DNA of 52,601 nt, taken from sequence record SRR33789315_138, one strand, 5' to 3'. The position numbers were made by a program, and so were the translations under genes. Shown in pieces: positions 1-10,928 of this stretch (the first letter of the stretch is position 1; each line of letters begins with the position of its first letter). The notes beneath the pieces are model-generated. The model was given only the letters and a program-made list of their open reading frames with translations. It ran no database searches and was not told where the DNA came from.

Positions 1-36
1 AAACCCAGAAGAGTACTCTTCTGGGTTTTCTTTTTT
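1..36 (+). terminator. Rho-independent terminator of an upstream gene
   Basis: Perfect 28-bp palindrome AAACCCAGAAGAGT/ACTCTTCTGGGTTT followed by a T-rich tract. Confidence 0.8.
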
Positions 37-60
37 ATTTATAAAAAATTAAAGAAACTG

Positions 61-87
61 TGTAACACAATTTAGACTTAAGCGTCT
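61..87 (+). promoter_or_regulatory. Putative ECF-sigma promoter of the TonB receptor gene
   Basis: TGTAAC-N16-CGTCT, an AAC/CGT ECF-type motif; the same architecture recurs at 2658-2684. Confidence 0.55.
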
Positions 88-168
88 ATTGTTAAAGTAC
101 GTTGGATAACTACGTTTTATTTAATAGGTAATACAAGGTACTATATCATCAATCAAAAAATCAACATT

Positions 169-2616
169 ATGAAATCAATTACAAGGCTATTTAGCCTAGT
201 ATGCCTGTTTATGTATAGCATAATACAGGCTCAGCCCCAACCAGACGAACTCATTACAGGAAGCATAAAAGGCGCTGTAATAGATAAAACCCTGAACCAA
301 CCTATCCCCTATGCCACCGTAATTATTAAAGATACCGAAGACAATACGATAACTGGTGGTATTACTGATGACGAAGGTTTATTTGAAATCGAAAAAATCC
401 CAGAAGGTAACTTTACGGTAAAAATTCAATTTATAGGATATGAGACCTATACGACTCCTATTACTATCACAAAAGGAAATCGGGATATTGATTTAAAAAC
501 AATTTACTTAAACGCTTCTGCATCAGAACTTAATGAAGTTACCGTAGTAAGTGAACGCACAACTATAGAACAGCAAATTGATAGAAAAGTAATTACCGTA
601 GGTAAAGATCTTACCACATCTGGGCCAACTGCATCAGATATTATGAATAACATCCCATCTGTCTCTATAGATCAACAAACAGGAGAAATTGCGATGCGCG
701 GAAATAGTAATGTGCGTGTAATGGTAGACGGAAAATTATCAAATATACCTGCAGCTCAATTATTAAAACAATTACCTTCTAATGCTATCAAAAAGATTGA
801 GCTCATCACAAATCCTTCTGCAAAGTATAATCCTGAAGGTATGAGTGGAATTATTAATATCATTCTCCATAAAAATGCTAATATAGGTTTTAATGGAGAT
901 GTTAACCTAAGCTATACCTACGAGAAAGAGCCTAAAATTAATAGTGGTTTAAATCTTAATTATAGAAATGGAAAGTTCAATCTATATGGCAACTACAGCA
1001 ATAATATCTCAAAAAGCGTCAATTACGGAACCATCAAAACTCCAGATGATAATACAACCCAGTATTTTGATATTCTAAATGATAATGACTCCCATAACTT
1101 CAAAGTGGGTCTGGATTTTTATTTAAACGAAAAAAATACGGTTTCGGTTTTTACTTCTCAAAATATGTATGACGGAAACTCTACAGCAATAATGGCTATT
1201 AAAACCCCAGATAATCCAAGTAATAACATTGATCAAAATTTGGAAAATGAGGACGACAATAACAGTAGCCAATATAACTTTGATTACAAATTAGATTTTG
1301 AAAAAGAAGGTCATAACCTAGAATTTGAGGTAGATTTAAACAACTACTCTGGCGACCAAGTTTCAGATTTTGGATATAGCGGTAATACGCCCATACAAGA
1401 TTATCAGGATTTACTTGATATTGAGAGAAATCGCACTACCATAAACCTTGATTATGTTAACCCATTAGCAGAAGGAACAAAGCTGGAAATAGGAGTTCAA
1501 AGTATACTCTTTGATACAGATAACAACTATGCAAGTACTGGCCTAACCTATAATGCTTCGGGTGATTTAGTTCCTATTGGAGATACTCGTTTTGAATACA
1601 GTAGAGATATACACTCTGCTTATATTACGTATGGAAAAAAATTAGAAAAATGGTCCTATCAAGCCGGTTTAAGAGCAGAAAGCGTAACAGTTGCTGCAGA
1701 CACAAATCAGATAGAAGCCTTTAAAAATGATTATTTACAAGTATATCCATCTGCTTATTTAACGTATAATCCTTCAGAAAAAAATCAATATCAAATAAGC
1801 TATAGCCGCAGAGTAGACAGACCAGGTCTTAATCAAATTAACCCTATTAGAGAATGGAGTTCTCCTCGCATAACCAACTATGGTAATATCAAACTACTAC
1901 CTCAATTTACCAACTCAGTAGAGTTTAATTATACCAGACAATTAGAAAAAGGGAGCATTACAACAGGGGTTTTCTATCGTATTATAGAGGATGAAATAAA
2001 TCAAGCCCTCTTTGTAGATCGTATTGATATTAATAGAGTCGTGCTAACTTTTGACAACTTCGATAATACTTCTGCTTATGGTTTTGAAGTATCGGGTAAT
2101 TTTAAACCTTTAGAATGGTGGAGTATAAATTCAAGTTTTGACGTTTACAATCAGACTCAACGCGGGCTGTCAGAAACATTAGACCCTGCTATTGAAAATC
2201 CTACCGTTACAGATATAATAACACTAGAACGTGAAGTGCAAAACACTGCTTTTAACGTGCGATTGATCAACAATTTTTCAGCTTCAAAAAATTTAAAGTT
2301 TACTGCATTTAGTATGTATCGTGGTAAAAACCAAAACCTACAGTTTAATATGAAATCTATGTTTCTAGTAAATGTGGGTGCACGATATACTTTCTTAGAC
2401 AATAAGGCTACAGCAAGTCTTAACTATAATGATGTATTTAACACGATGAAAGCCAGATTTGAAGGTGATTATCCTTACAAACATGTGGGGCAATTTAACT
2501 GGGAAAGCAATACCGTAAACCTAGCCCTTAATTACCGTTTTGGCGAAGGAAAGTACAAGGCAAAACGTAGAAAAAATCGAGATGATAACGAAAAAGACGG
2601 TGGTGGTATATTTTAA
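169..2616 (+). CDS. TonB-dependent outer-membrane receptor with N-terminal carboxypeptidase-regulatory-like domain
   Basis: Signal peptide, GAVIDK..PIPYATV domain, plug motif IKKIELITNPSAKYNPEG, beta-barrel C-terminus LALNYRFG. Confidence 0.9.
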   Translation: MKSITRLFSLVCLFMYSIIQAQPQPDELITGSIKGAVIDKTLNQPIPYATVIIKDTEDNTITGGITDDEGLFEIEKIPEGNFTVKIQFIGYETYTTPITITKGNRDIDLKTIYLNASASELNEVTVVSERTTIEQQIDRKVITVGKDLTTSGPTASDIMNNIPSVSIDQQTGEIAMRGNSNVRVMVDGKLSNIPAAQLLKQLPSNAIKKIELITNPSAKYNPEGMSGIINIILHKNANIGFNGDVNLSYTYEKEPKINSGLNLNYRNGKFNLYGNYSNNISKSVNYGTIKTPDDNTTQYFDILNDNDSHNFKVGLDFYLNEKNTVSVFTSQNMYDGNSTAIMAIKTPDNPSNNIDQNLENEDDNNSSQYNFDYKLDFEKEGHNLEFEVDLNNYSGDQVSDFGYSGNTPIQDYQDLLDIERNRTTINLDYVNPLAEGTKLEIGVQSILFDTDNNYASTGLTYNASGDLVPIGDTRFEYSRDIHSAYITYGKKLEKWSYQAGLRAESVTVAADTNQIEAFKNDYLQVYPSAYLTYNPSEKNQYQISYSRRVDRPGLNQINPIREWSSPRITNYGNIKLLPQFTNSVEFNYTRQLEKGSITTGVFYRIIEDEINQALFVDRIDINRVVLTFDNFDNTSAYGFEVSGNFKPLEWWSINSSFDVYNQTQRGLSETLDPAIENPTVTDIITLEREVQNTAFNVRLINNFSASKNLKFTAFSMYRGKNQNLQFNMKSMFLVNVGARYTFLDNKATASLNYNDVFNTMKARFEGDYPYKHVGQFNWESNTVNLALNYRFGEGKYKAKRRKNRDDNEKDGGGIF

Positions 2617-2657
2617 CCCCTTCAAATGTTATATTAATGTTAAATACAACATTCAAA

Positions 2658-2684
2658 TGCAACATTTTAAATCAAATAACGTCT
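2658..2684 (+). promoter_or_regulatory. Second putative ECF-sigma promoter with no downstream ORF
   Basis: TGCAAC-N16-CGTCT, same spacing as 61-87. Confidence 0.5.
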
Positions 2685-2689
2685 TATAA

Positions 2690-2815
2690 TAAACACCTAC
2701 AACACTAAAACTACAGGTTGTAATTTATTTGAATTAGCCTTCACAATATTTTATAATCTATCCATATAAGGTTATAGGTTATAAAAAAACCCGAAGCAAT
2801 ACTTCGGGTTTTTTG
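2690..2815 (+). ncRNA. Candidate small RNA (about 125 nt)
   Basis: ATG-free interval between an ECF-type promoter and a strong terminator; inference only. Confidence 0.35.
2784..2814. terminator. Bidirectional Rho-independent terminator
   Basis: AAAAAACCCGAAG-caata-CTTCGGGTTTTTT between convergent genes. Confidence 0.85.
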
Positions 2816-2816
2816 T

Positions 2817-3209
2817 TTATAAATGTTTCTTTATCTTTTCTACTGTAATCGACCCGTGAGAAGTATTATAAACTGCTTCACCGCACTTAACAAGTAATAT
2901 CTGCGGACTTTCATGCACGACATTAAATTGAGAAGCTATTGCATTTGAAATTTCTCTGTATTGTTTCAAATCTAAAAAATAAGGTATTAAATCTTGTGCA
3001 TCAATATCATACTCACTTTCTAAATTGCGCAATACCATACGACTTATACCACACGTTGTACTATGCTTAAATATAAGTACAGGTGTTGTTTGCGAAGTAT
3101 CCTTTATTGTAGCTAGTTGATTTATATCATCTAAAATATTCCAATTCATTTGTTCAATTGCTCCCGTTGTTTCCACTTTAGGAGCTTTAAATCTATCAAA
3201 TAATCCCAT
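2817..3209 (-). CDS. ytxJ: Bacillithiol-system redox-active protein YtxJ family (thioredoxin-like)
   Basis: FKHSTTCGIS and HESPQ motifs. Confidence 0.85.
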   Translation of the reverse strand: MGLFDRFKAPKVETTGAIEQMNWNILDDINQLATIKDTSQTTPVLIFKHSTTCGISRMVLRNLESEYDIDAQDLIPYFLDLKQYREISNAIASQFNVVHESPQILLVKCGEAVYNTSHGSITVEKIKKHL

Positions 3210-3354
3210 CTCTTTTTCTTCTTTATTTTCTTTTGAATTTGTACCTTATATACAGATATACTGCAAAATTAAAGGGGCAAAGTTAATAAAAAGTTTCCGT
3301 CAAAAAGTCAGCAGAACCGTGTAAAAAACAAGTCATTTTGTCCACATTTTGTTA

Positions 3355-3370
3355 TGGTACATCAATTGCT
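3355..3370 (+). promoter_or_regulatory. Putative sigma54 (-24/-12) promoter of clpB
   Basis: TGGTAC-N5-TTGCT with exact GG-N10-GC spacing, 28 nt before the ATG at 3398. Confidence 0.55.
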
Positions 3371-3397
3371 GCTAGCTAATTGAAAAATACTAAAAAA

Positions 3398-6001
3398 ATG
3401 AATTTCAATAATTTTACCATAAAAACCCAAGAGGCCATACAGCAAGCGCAACAAGTTGCGCAAAGTTATGGTCATCAACAAATAGAAAATGCACATATAT
3501 TTAAGGCAATTCTAGAAGTTGATGAGAATGTAACTCCATTTCTGTTAAAGAAATTGGATGTAAACATCGGTTTGCTTACACAAATTCTAGAGAAAACATT
3601 AGAGAGTTTCCCAAAAGTAACCGGTGGTGATCTTATGTTATCGCGTGAGGCTTCTAAGACCGTAAATGAGGCTTCTATTATCGCAAAAAAGATGAAAGAT
3701 GAATATGTAAGCATCGAGCATCTTCTTTTAGCGATATTTAAATCACATAGCAAAATTGCTCAGATTCTAAAAGATCAGGGCATTACCGAAAAAGACTTAA
3801 AAGCCGTAATAACAGAACTACGCCAAGGCGATCGTGTGACTTCTCAAAGTGCAGAAGAGACTTATAATGCGCTCAATAAATATTCAAGAAACTTAAACCA
3901 ATTAGTACTTGACGGCAAACTAGATCCTGTAATTGGTCGAGATGATGAGATAAGACGTATTCTTCAAATCTTGTCACGTAGAACTAAAAATAACCCTATT
4001 CTAGTAGGAGAACCTGGAACTGGTAAAACCGCTATCGCAGAAGGTCTTGCACACCGTATTGTAGATGGTGATGTACCCGAAAATTTACAAAACAAGCAAA
4101 TTTTTGCCCTCGATATGGGTTCGCTTATTGCTGGCGCAAAATATAAAGGAGAGTTCGAAGAACGATTAAAAGCAGTTATTAAAGAAGTAACTACTAGTGA
4201 TGGAGATATCGTACTGTTTATTGATGAAATACACACGCTAGTTGGTGCTGGTGGCGGTCAAGGTGCTATGGACGCCGCAAACATTCTTAAACCGGCTCTT
4301 GCTAGAGGAGAATTACATGCAATAGGTGCTACTACTCTAGATGAATACCAAAAATATTTCGAAAAAGATAAAGCGCTAGAACGACGTTTTCAAAAAGTCA
4401 TCGTAAACGAACCTGATACAGAAAGTGCTATTTCTATTCTTCGCGGAATCAAAGAAAAGTATGAAGCACATCACAAAGTGCGTATTAAAGACAATGCCAT
4501 TATTGCAGCGGTAGAGCTTTCGCAACGCTATATTACAAATAGGTTTCTTCCAGATAAAGCTATTGATCTTATGGATGAAGCTGCGGCTAAATTGCGTATG
4601 GAAATCAATTCTAAACCAGAAGAACTCGATGCGCTCGATCGTAGAATTATGCAATTAGAAATAGAAGTCGAAGCCATTAAACGGGAAAAAGACGAGGAAA
4701 AACTAAAAGCCCTAAATGCCGAGTTAGGAAATCTTAAAGACGAACGCAATGTCATAAATAGTAAATGGAAAAGCGAAAAAGAAGTCGTTGAGAATGTACA
4801 AAATGTCAAGCAAGACATTGAAAACTATAAGCTAGAAGCAGAACGTGCAGAGCGTAATGGCGATTATGGAAAAGTTGCAGAGTTGCGTTATGGCAAGATT
4901 AAAGAAGCGCAAGAAGAACTGGAGAAATTACAGAAAGACCTCGTTTCTCAACAGGGTGACTCGCTTATAAAAGAAGAAGTAACGAGTGAGGATATTGCCG
5001 AAGTTGTGGCAAAATGGACAGGTATTCCTGTTACTAAAATGCTGAAAAGCGAACGTGAGAAATTACTGGTTCTAGAAGAAGAACTGCACAAACGTGTAGT
5101 AGGTCAAAACGAGGCTATTGTAGCAGTAAGCGACGCGGTAAGACGTAGCCGTGCCGGACTAGCAGATCAGAAAAAACCCATAGGTACATTTCTTTTCTTA
5201 GGAACAACCGGTGTAGGTAAAACAGAATTAGCAAAGGCGCTCGCAGAGTATCTTTTTGATGACGAAAACAACATCACCAGGATAGATATGAGCGAGTACC
5301 AAGAGCGTCATAGTGTAAGCCGTCTTGTGGGAGCACCTCCAGGATATGTAGGTTATGATGAAGGTGGTCAATTAACCGAAGCTGTACGTCGTAAACCGTA
5401 TTCTGTGGTTTTACTTGATGAAATAGAAAAAGCACATCCAGACACTTTTAATATCTTATTGCAGGTTCTTGATGAAGGTAGGTTGACAGATAACAAAGGC
5501 CGTATAGCCGACTTTAAAAACACCATTATCATCATGACCTCTAATATGGGCGGACATATAATCCAGGATAAATTCAATACGATCCCAGATTTAGAAACCG
5601 CGATGAAAGGTGCAGAAATAGAGGTTTTAGGTTTATTAAAACAAACCATTAGACCAGAATTTCTTAACAGGATTGATGACATCGTAATGTTTACACCGCT
5701 TACGCGAAAAGATATCCAAAAGATTGTAAGCTTACAACTTAAAGGAGTAACAAAAATGTTATCAAAACAAGGCATTACACTAGATGCTACTCCAGAAGCT
5801 ATTGCTTTTCTATCAGAAAAAGGATATGAACCAGAGTATGGTGCACGACCTGTTAAGCGTACTATTCAAAAAGAAGTACTCAACAAAATGTCAAAAGAAA
5901 TTCTATCTGGAAAAATAAGTACAGACAGTATTATTTTACTAGATGCTTTTGATGGAGAATTGGTCTTTAGAAACCAAAGTGATCTGGTCACTGAACAGTG
6001 A
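3398..6001 (+). CDS. clpB: ATP-dependent chaperone ClpB
   Basis: Two AAA+ modules ([16 protein letters not shown]), coiled-coil M domain; likely start is the ATG at 3398 rather than the TTG at 3380. Confidence 0.97.
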   Translation: MNFNNFTIKTQEAIQQAQQVAQSYGHQQIENAHIFKAILEVDENVTPFLLKKLDVNIGLLTQILEKTLESFPKVTGGDLMLSREASKTVNEASIIAKKMKDEYVSIEHLLLAIFKSHSKIAQILKDQGITEKDLKAVITELRQGDRVTSQSAEETYNALNKYSRNLNQLVLDGKLDPVIGRDDEIRRILQILSRRTKNNPILVGEPGTGKTAIAEGLAHRIVDGDVPENLQNKQIFALDMGSLIAGAKYKGEFEERLKAVIKEVTTSDGDIVLFIDEIHTLVGAGGGQGAMDAANILKPALARGELHAIGATTLDEYQKYFEKDKALERRFQKVIVNEPDTESAISILRGIKEKYEAHHKVRIKDNAIIAAVELSQRYITNRFLPDKAIDLMDEAAAKLRMEINSKPEELDALDRRIMQLEIEVEAIKREKDEEKLKALNAELGNLKDERNVINSKWKSEKEVVENVQNVKQDIENYKLEAERAERNGDYGKVAELRYGKIKEAQEELEKLQKDLVSQQGDSLIKEEVTSEDIAEVVAKWTGIPVTKMLKSEREKLLVLEEELHKRVVGQNEAIVAVSDAVRRSRAGLADQKKPIGTFLFLGTTGVGKTELAKALAEYLFDDENNITRIDMSEYQERHSVSRLVGAPPGYVGYDEGGQLTEAVRRKPYSVVLLDEIEKAHPDTFNILLQVLDEGRLTDNKGRIADFKNTIIIMTSNMGGHIIQDKFNTIPDLETAMKGAEIEVLGLLKQTIRPEFLNRIDDIVMFTPLTRKDIQKIVSLQLKGVTKMLSKQGITLDATPEAIAFLSEKGYEPEYGARPVKRTIQKEVLNKMSKEILSGKISTDSIILLDAFDGELVFRNQSDLVTEQ

Positions 6002-6023
6002 CTAACAGAAGTATTATAAAAAC

Positions 6024-6054
6024 AAAAACACCTGCTCCCGCAGGTGTTTTTTTT
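6024..6054. terminator. Bidirectional Rho-independent terminator
   Basis: AAAAACACCTGC-tccc-GCAGGTGTTTTT plus T-tract. Confidence 0.85.
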
Positions 6055-6141
6055 CACCAATTAATCCAATCTATATTATAAACTAGATTTTCCGCAAATA
6101 TTATATTAATATTTTTTTAGGATGTTTCTAAATCGTTAAGG

Positions 6142-7752
6142 TTAAGATACGATAGATTTAAGTGGACCACCACCTAGAATCTCTTCATCTGCATAATTTC
6201 TAAATTGTTTAAAATTCTTATGAAATAGATCGGCTAGAAAGTCTGCTTTTTGATCATAAGCATCAACATCACCCCAAGTTTTCCTAGGTATAAGTATTTC
6301 TTCTGGAACACCAGCACAAGTCAAGGGCATTTGCAAACCAAAAACAGGATGCATTTCATAATCAACCTGAGCAAGATTATTCTCTAAGGCGGCTGTAATC
6401 ATAGCGCGTGTATACTTTAACTTCATTCGGCTACCTTTTCCGTAAGAACCGCCAGACCATCCTGTATTGACCAACCAGACATTTACATCATATTTTTGCA
6501 TTTTTTCGCCCAATAAAGTGGCATATTTCGTAGGATGCAAAGGCATAAAAGGAGCTCCAAAACAAGCGGAAAATGCAGGTTGAGGCTCATTCACCCCTTC
6601 TTCTGTACCCGCAATCTTAGCCGTATAACCAGAAATGAAATGATACATTGCCTGCCCTACCGTAAGTTTTGAAATAGGAGGTAAAACTCCAAAAGCATCA
6701 CATGTCAAAAAGAAAATATTTGTGGGTATTCCGCCCACAGAAGGCTCTACCGCATTCTTTATAAAATGTATAGGATAGCTTACCCGCGTATTCTGGGTAA
6801 TACTATCATCTGCAAAATTTATTTTTCTAGAATCAGGATAGAATTTTATATTTTCTACCATTGCGCCAAAACGTATCGCATTCCAAATATCTGCCTCGCG
6901 GTCTTGGCTTAAGTCAATAACCTTTGCATAACAACCGCCTTCAAAATTATAGATTCCCTCATCTGTCCAACCATGTTCATCATCGCCAATTAACAAGCGG
7001 TCTGGATCTGTAGAAAGAGTTGTTTTTCCGGTTCCCGAAAGGCCAAAGAAAACTGCCGTATCACCATTTTTACCTTTATTTGCACTGCAATGCATAGGCA
7101 GAATATCCTGTTGTGGTAATAAGAAATTAAGTACACTAAAAACTCCTTTTTTGGTTTCTCCTGTATATCCAGTTCCGCCAACAAGAATAAGTTTTTCTGA
7201 AAAATTTATTATAGAAAAATTGGTAGATCGTGTCCCATCTACTTCGGGATCTGCTTCAAAATCTGGAGCTACTAATACCGTATAATCTGCCATAAAATCA
7301 ATTGTAGCTTCTTCGGGTAACCTTAAAAACATATTATAACAAAATAAACTGTGCCAAGATTGGGTCCCAATAATACGAAGATTGAGCTGGTGCTCTGGGT
7401 TTGCTCCTGCTGCCGTTTCGCGTATATATAAAGTTTTAGTATCTAAAAAGGAAGCCATTTTTTGTCTTAATGCCTCAAATTTTTCGGTATCAAAAGGAAT
7501 ATTAATATTGCCCCACCATACCTCATCTTGGGTAATTTCATCTTTTACAATAAAGCGGTCTTTAGGAGATCTCCCTGTAAATTCTCCTGTATAGCAAACA
7601 AGCGCACCAGTATCATTCAAAACACCTTCTCCGCTTTTTATAGACTCTTCAATTAAATCTACATAAGGAAGGTTATATTTAATTTCGCCTACTTCTTTAA
7701 TACCAAGTTTAGCGAGTTCTAGTTGTAGGTTTTCTAGGTTAGTTTTCTTCAT
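6142..7752 (-). CDS. pckA: Phosphoenolpyruvate carboxykinase (ATP)
   Basis: TGRSPKDRF, FFGLSGTGKTTLS, LIGDDEHGW motifs. Confidence 0.97.
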   Translation of the reverse strand: MKKTNLENLQLELAKLGIKEVGEIKYNLPYVDLIEESIKSGEGVLNDTGALVCYTGEFTGRSPKDRFIVKDEITQDEVWWGNINIPFDTEKFEALRQKMASFLDTKTLYIRETAAGANPEHQLNLRIIGTQSWHSLFCYNMFLRLPEEATIDFMADYTVLVAPDFEADPEVDGTRSTNFSIINFSEKLILVGGTGYTGETKKGVFSVLNFLLPQQDILPMHCSANKGKNGDTAVFFGLSGTGKTTLSTDPDRLLIGDDEHGWTDEGIYNFEGGCYAKVIDLSQDREADIWNAIRFGAMVENIKFYPDSRKINFADDSITQNTRVSYPIHFIKNAVEPSVGGIPTNIFFLTCDAFGVLPPISKLTVGQAMYHFISGYTAKIAGTEEGVNEPQPAFSACFGAPFMPLHPTKYATLLGEKMQKYDVNVWLVNTGWSGGSYGKGSRMKLKYTRAMITAALENNLAQVDYEMHPVFGLQMPLTCAGVPEEILIPRKTWGDVDAYDQKADFLADLFHKNFKQFRNYADEEILGGGPLKSIVS

Positions 7753-7819
7753 AACGACCTTATTTATTTAGATTTTCTACTATTTTATTTTCATATTCTT
7801 CAATTCTTTCGATTAAGAA

Positions 7820-7853
7820 TTGGAAAGCCACCTTTGGGTGAGTGGCCTTCCAA
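7820..7853 (-). terminator. Intercistronic stem-loop between aceA and pckA (weak terminator or stabiliser)
   Basis: Minus-strand TTGGAAGGCCAC-N10-GTGGCTTTCCAA, 12-bp stem with one G.U pair, weak U-tail. Confidence 0.55.
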
Positions 7854-7893
7854 ATCATCAACTAACTAATGGACAATAAAAGAACTAACTAAT

Positions 7894-9171
7894 TCAATGA
7901 AATTGTTCACTTTCTGTAGATCCTACAAGTGCTTGTGTACTTGAGTTTCCAGCAGTAATGATATTTTGTACTTCATCATAATATCCTGTTCCAACAAATG
8001 CTTGGTGTTTTACAGCTTCAAAACCTTGATCTTGTAAAGAAAATTCTCTTTGCTGTAAAGAACTATATCCAGCCATCCCGTTTTCTTTATACGCTTTACT
8101 TAATTCGAACATACTCGTATTAAGTGCATGAAAACCAGCAAGTGTAATGAACTGAAACTTGAATCCTAAATCGGCTAGATTTTCTCTAAAAGTTTCCATT
8201 TCTGTTTGGCTTAATCGTGCTGCCCAGTTAAAACTTGGCGAGCAGTTATAGGCTAATAATTTTCCAGGAAATTCTGCGTGTATAGCTTCAGCAAATTGGC
8301 GTGCTTCTTCCAGACTAGGATAAGAAGTTTCCATCCAAAGCAAATCTGCATAAGGTGCATAGCTTAAACCACGGCTTATTGCTTGATCGATTCCGTTTTT
8401 CACATAAAAGAAACCTTCATTACTTCGTTCTCCAGTGACAAAAGCCATATCTGTCTCATCTATATCACTTGTTATCAAATTAGCTGCATTTGCATCTGTT
8501 CTTCCTATTATAATTGTAGGAACATCCATTACATCTGCAGCAAGTCTTGCTGAAATTAGTTTATTTACAGCTTCTTGAGTAGGCACAAGTACCTTTCCTC
8601 CAAGATGACCACATTTTTTTGCACTACTTAATTGATCTTCAAAATGAACACCTGCTGCTCCCGCACGAATCATAGATTTCATCAACTCATAAGCATTTAG
8701 GTTTCCACCAAAACCAGCTTCGGCATCTGCTATAATAGGCACTAACCAGTCCTTTTGATTTTCACCGCTAATGTGATGGATCTGATCTGCACGTAAAAGC
8801 GCATTATTAATTTTTTCAACCACTAAAGGGACAGAATTTGCAGGATAAAGACTTTGATCTGGATACATCTCGTTAGACATATTTGCATCTGCAGCCACTT
8901 GCCATCCACTCAAATAAATGGCCTCTAGTCCAGCGGCTACTTCTTGTATGGCTTGATTTCCAGTTAATGCTCCCAGTGCAGAAACACAAGGTTGCGAATT
9001 CAGTTTGTCCCAGAATACTTGAGCACCTCTACGGGCTATACTATACTCGATTCTGTAGTTGCCACGCAATCTTAGTACATCTTCTGGTGTATAGGTGCGT
9101 GTAATTCCAGCCCATCTTGGGTTTGTATCCCAATCTTTCTGGATTTTGCTAATAATTGCTTCTTGGCTCAT
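7894..9171 (-). CDS. aceA: Isocitrate lyase (short type)
   Basis: KKCGH signature, [20 protein letters not shown]. Confidence 0.97.
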   Translation of the reverse strand: MSQEAIISKIQKDWDTNPRWAGITRTYTPEDVLRLRGNYRIEYSIARRGAQVFWDKLNSQPCVSALGALTGNQAIQEVAAGLEAIYLSGWQVAADANMSNEMYPDQSLYPANSVPLVVEKINNALLRADQIHHISGENQKDWLVPIIADAEAGFGGNLNAYELMKSMIRAGAAGVHFEDQLSSAKKCGHLGGKVLVPTQEAVNKLISARLAADVMDVPTIIIGRTDANAANLITSDIDETDMAFVTGERSNEGFFYVKNGIDQAISRGLSYAPYADLLWMETSYPSLEEARQFAEAIHAEFPGKLLAYNCSPSFNWAARLSQTEMETFRENLADLGFKFQFITLAGFHALNTSMFELSKAYKENGMAGYSSLQQREFSLQDQGFEAVKHQAFVGTGYYDEVQNIITAGNSSTQALVGSTESEQFH

Positions 9172-9207
9172 ATTTCAAGATTAAAAAAAGTTACTAATTG
9201 ATTTTTA

Positions 9208-10806
9208 TTATATTAATTTATAGGCATCTAGCGTAAGGAATTCCTTAAGCTCTTTAGATCTAATTAGGGAGTCAAAAAGCGTTGCGGCTTGTTCTAGTTT
9301 GGGTTTCCAAGTCTCGTTTTGGAGTCCACCATTACGCAATCCTTGTAGTTCATCATCATATAAGTGCTCATATAATTCTTCGGTAAACGGTCTTCCGTCT
9401 TCTAGCACTACTGCTTTATGTAACCACTGCCAAAGCTGGGTTCTTGATATTTCTGCTGTAGCGGCATCTTCCATTAAATTAAATATGGCAGCAGCTCCAT
9501 TTCCAGAAAGCCATGCAGACATATATTGTATACCTACATTAATATTTTTTCGCACTCCTTTTTCGGTAATGGTACCTTGAGGAATAGCTATTAATTCTTC
9601 TGGAGTTATGTTTAGCTCATCGCGCTTTACATCTATCTGGTTAGGTTTTGGCATATACTCGTTAAATATTTCCATAGCTACAGCTACCAGGCCTGGATGT
9701 GCAACCCAAGTACCATCGTGCCCATCTGTTACTTCGCGTAATTTATCTGCACGCACTTTGGCAAAAGCTTCTTCATTTGCTTCATCATCACCTTTAATAG
9801 GAATTTGAGCCGCCATTCCGCCCATGGCATGTACGTTTCTTTTGTGACAGGTTTGTATTACTAATAAAGCATAAGCTCGCATAAATGGAACAGACATCGT
9901 TACCTGATCTCGATCTGGAAAAACAAAACCAGATTGATTTCTAAATCGTTTGATAAACGAAAAAATATAATCCCATCTCCCACAGTTTAATCCGGCAGAA
10001 TGTTCTTTAAGTTCAAATAGTATTTCATCTAGTTGAAAACTGGCCAATATGGTTTCTACCAAAACCGTAGCCTTTATAATTCCATTAGGAATACCCATAT
10101 ACTGCTGTGCAAATACAAACACGTCATTCCACCAGCGTGCTTCTGTATAGTCTTCTAATTTGGGTAGATAGAAATAAGGAGCACTTCCTCTACGCATAAG
10201 CTCAAAAACATTATGAAAAAAATACAACCCAAAATCTACCAAAGAACCACTTATAGGCTCGCCATTTATAAGAATATTCTTTTCTTCTAAGTGTAATCCT
10301 CTAGGTCTTACCATTAAGGTCGCTATCTCATCATTGAGCTTGTAAAACTTTTTTTGAGTAGGATATCCAAAGGTTATTTTACGTCTAACAGCATCATATA
10401 AATTAATCTGACCGTTAACAACGTTCTCCCAAGAAGGCGAGTTACTATCTTCAAAATCTGCCATAAAAACTTTGGCACCAGAATTAAGCGCATTAATAAT
10501 CATTTTACGCTCAACAGGTCCTGTTATTTCTACCCTACGATCTTTTAAGTCTTCTGGAATAGGTGCCACTACCCAATCTCCAGAACGTATATATTCGGTT
10601 TCAGTTGGAAATTGAGGTTTCCATCCTGCATCAAGTTTTGCTTGACGTGCTTCGCGAGCAAGCAATAAATCTTTTCTACGTACATCAAATTTTTGATGCA
10701 ATTCATAAATAAAACTTAGGGCTGCATCACTAACAATCATACGCATCACCCCGTTCATTTCAGCTTTAATAGCAATTTTCTTTAAGTTAACATAGCTGGT
10801 TTCCAT
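9208..10806 (-). CDS. aceB: Malate synthase A
   Basis: [40 protein letters not shown]; start uncertain (ATG at 10806 preferred). Confidence 0.95.
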   Translation of the reverse strand: METSYVNLKKIAIKAEMNGVMRMIVSDAALSFIYELHQKFDVRRKDLLLAREARQAKLDAGWKPQFPTETEYIRSGDWVVAPIPEDLKDRRVEITGPVERKMIINALNSGAKVFMADFEDSNSPSWENVVNGQINLYDAVRRKITFGYPTQKKFYKLNDEIATLMVRPRGLHLEEKNILINGEPISGSLVDFGLYFFHNVFELMRRGSAPYFYLPKLEDYTEARWWNDVFVFAQQYMGIPNGIIKATVLVETILASFQLDEILFELKEHSAGLNCGRWDYIFSFIKRFRNQSGFVFPDRDQVTMSVPFMRAYALLVIQTCHKRNVHAMGGMAAQIPIKGDDEANEEAFAKVRADKLREVTDGHDGTWVAHPGLVAVAMEIFNEYMPKPNQIDVKRDELNITPEELIAIPQGTITEKGVRKNINVGIQYMSAWLSGNGAAAIFNLMEDAATAEISRTQLWQWLHKAVVLEDGRPFTEELYEHLYDDELQGLRNGGLQNETWKPKLEQAATLFDSLIRSKELKEFLTLDAYKLI

Positions 10807-10843
10807 ACTTATATGATTTTGTTTGGTCAAATGTATAAAAGCA

Positions 10844-10885
10844 TTTTTTACAAAACAAGCGAACGTTCGCTTTTTTTGTAAAAAA
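10844..10885. promoter_or_regulatory. 42-bp near-perfect palindrome, candidate operator
   Basis: TTTTTTACAAAACAAGCGAAC|GTTCGCTTTTTTTGTAAAAAA, 1 mismatch in 21 bp, in the divergent aceB/regulator gap. Confidence 0.6.
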
Positions 10886-10928
10886 ATTATTTAGCCTTAG
10901 TTCATTATTTATAATTATCTTTATTGCG

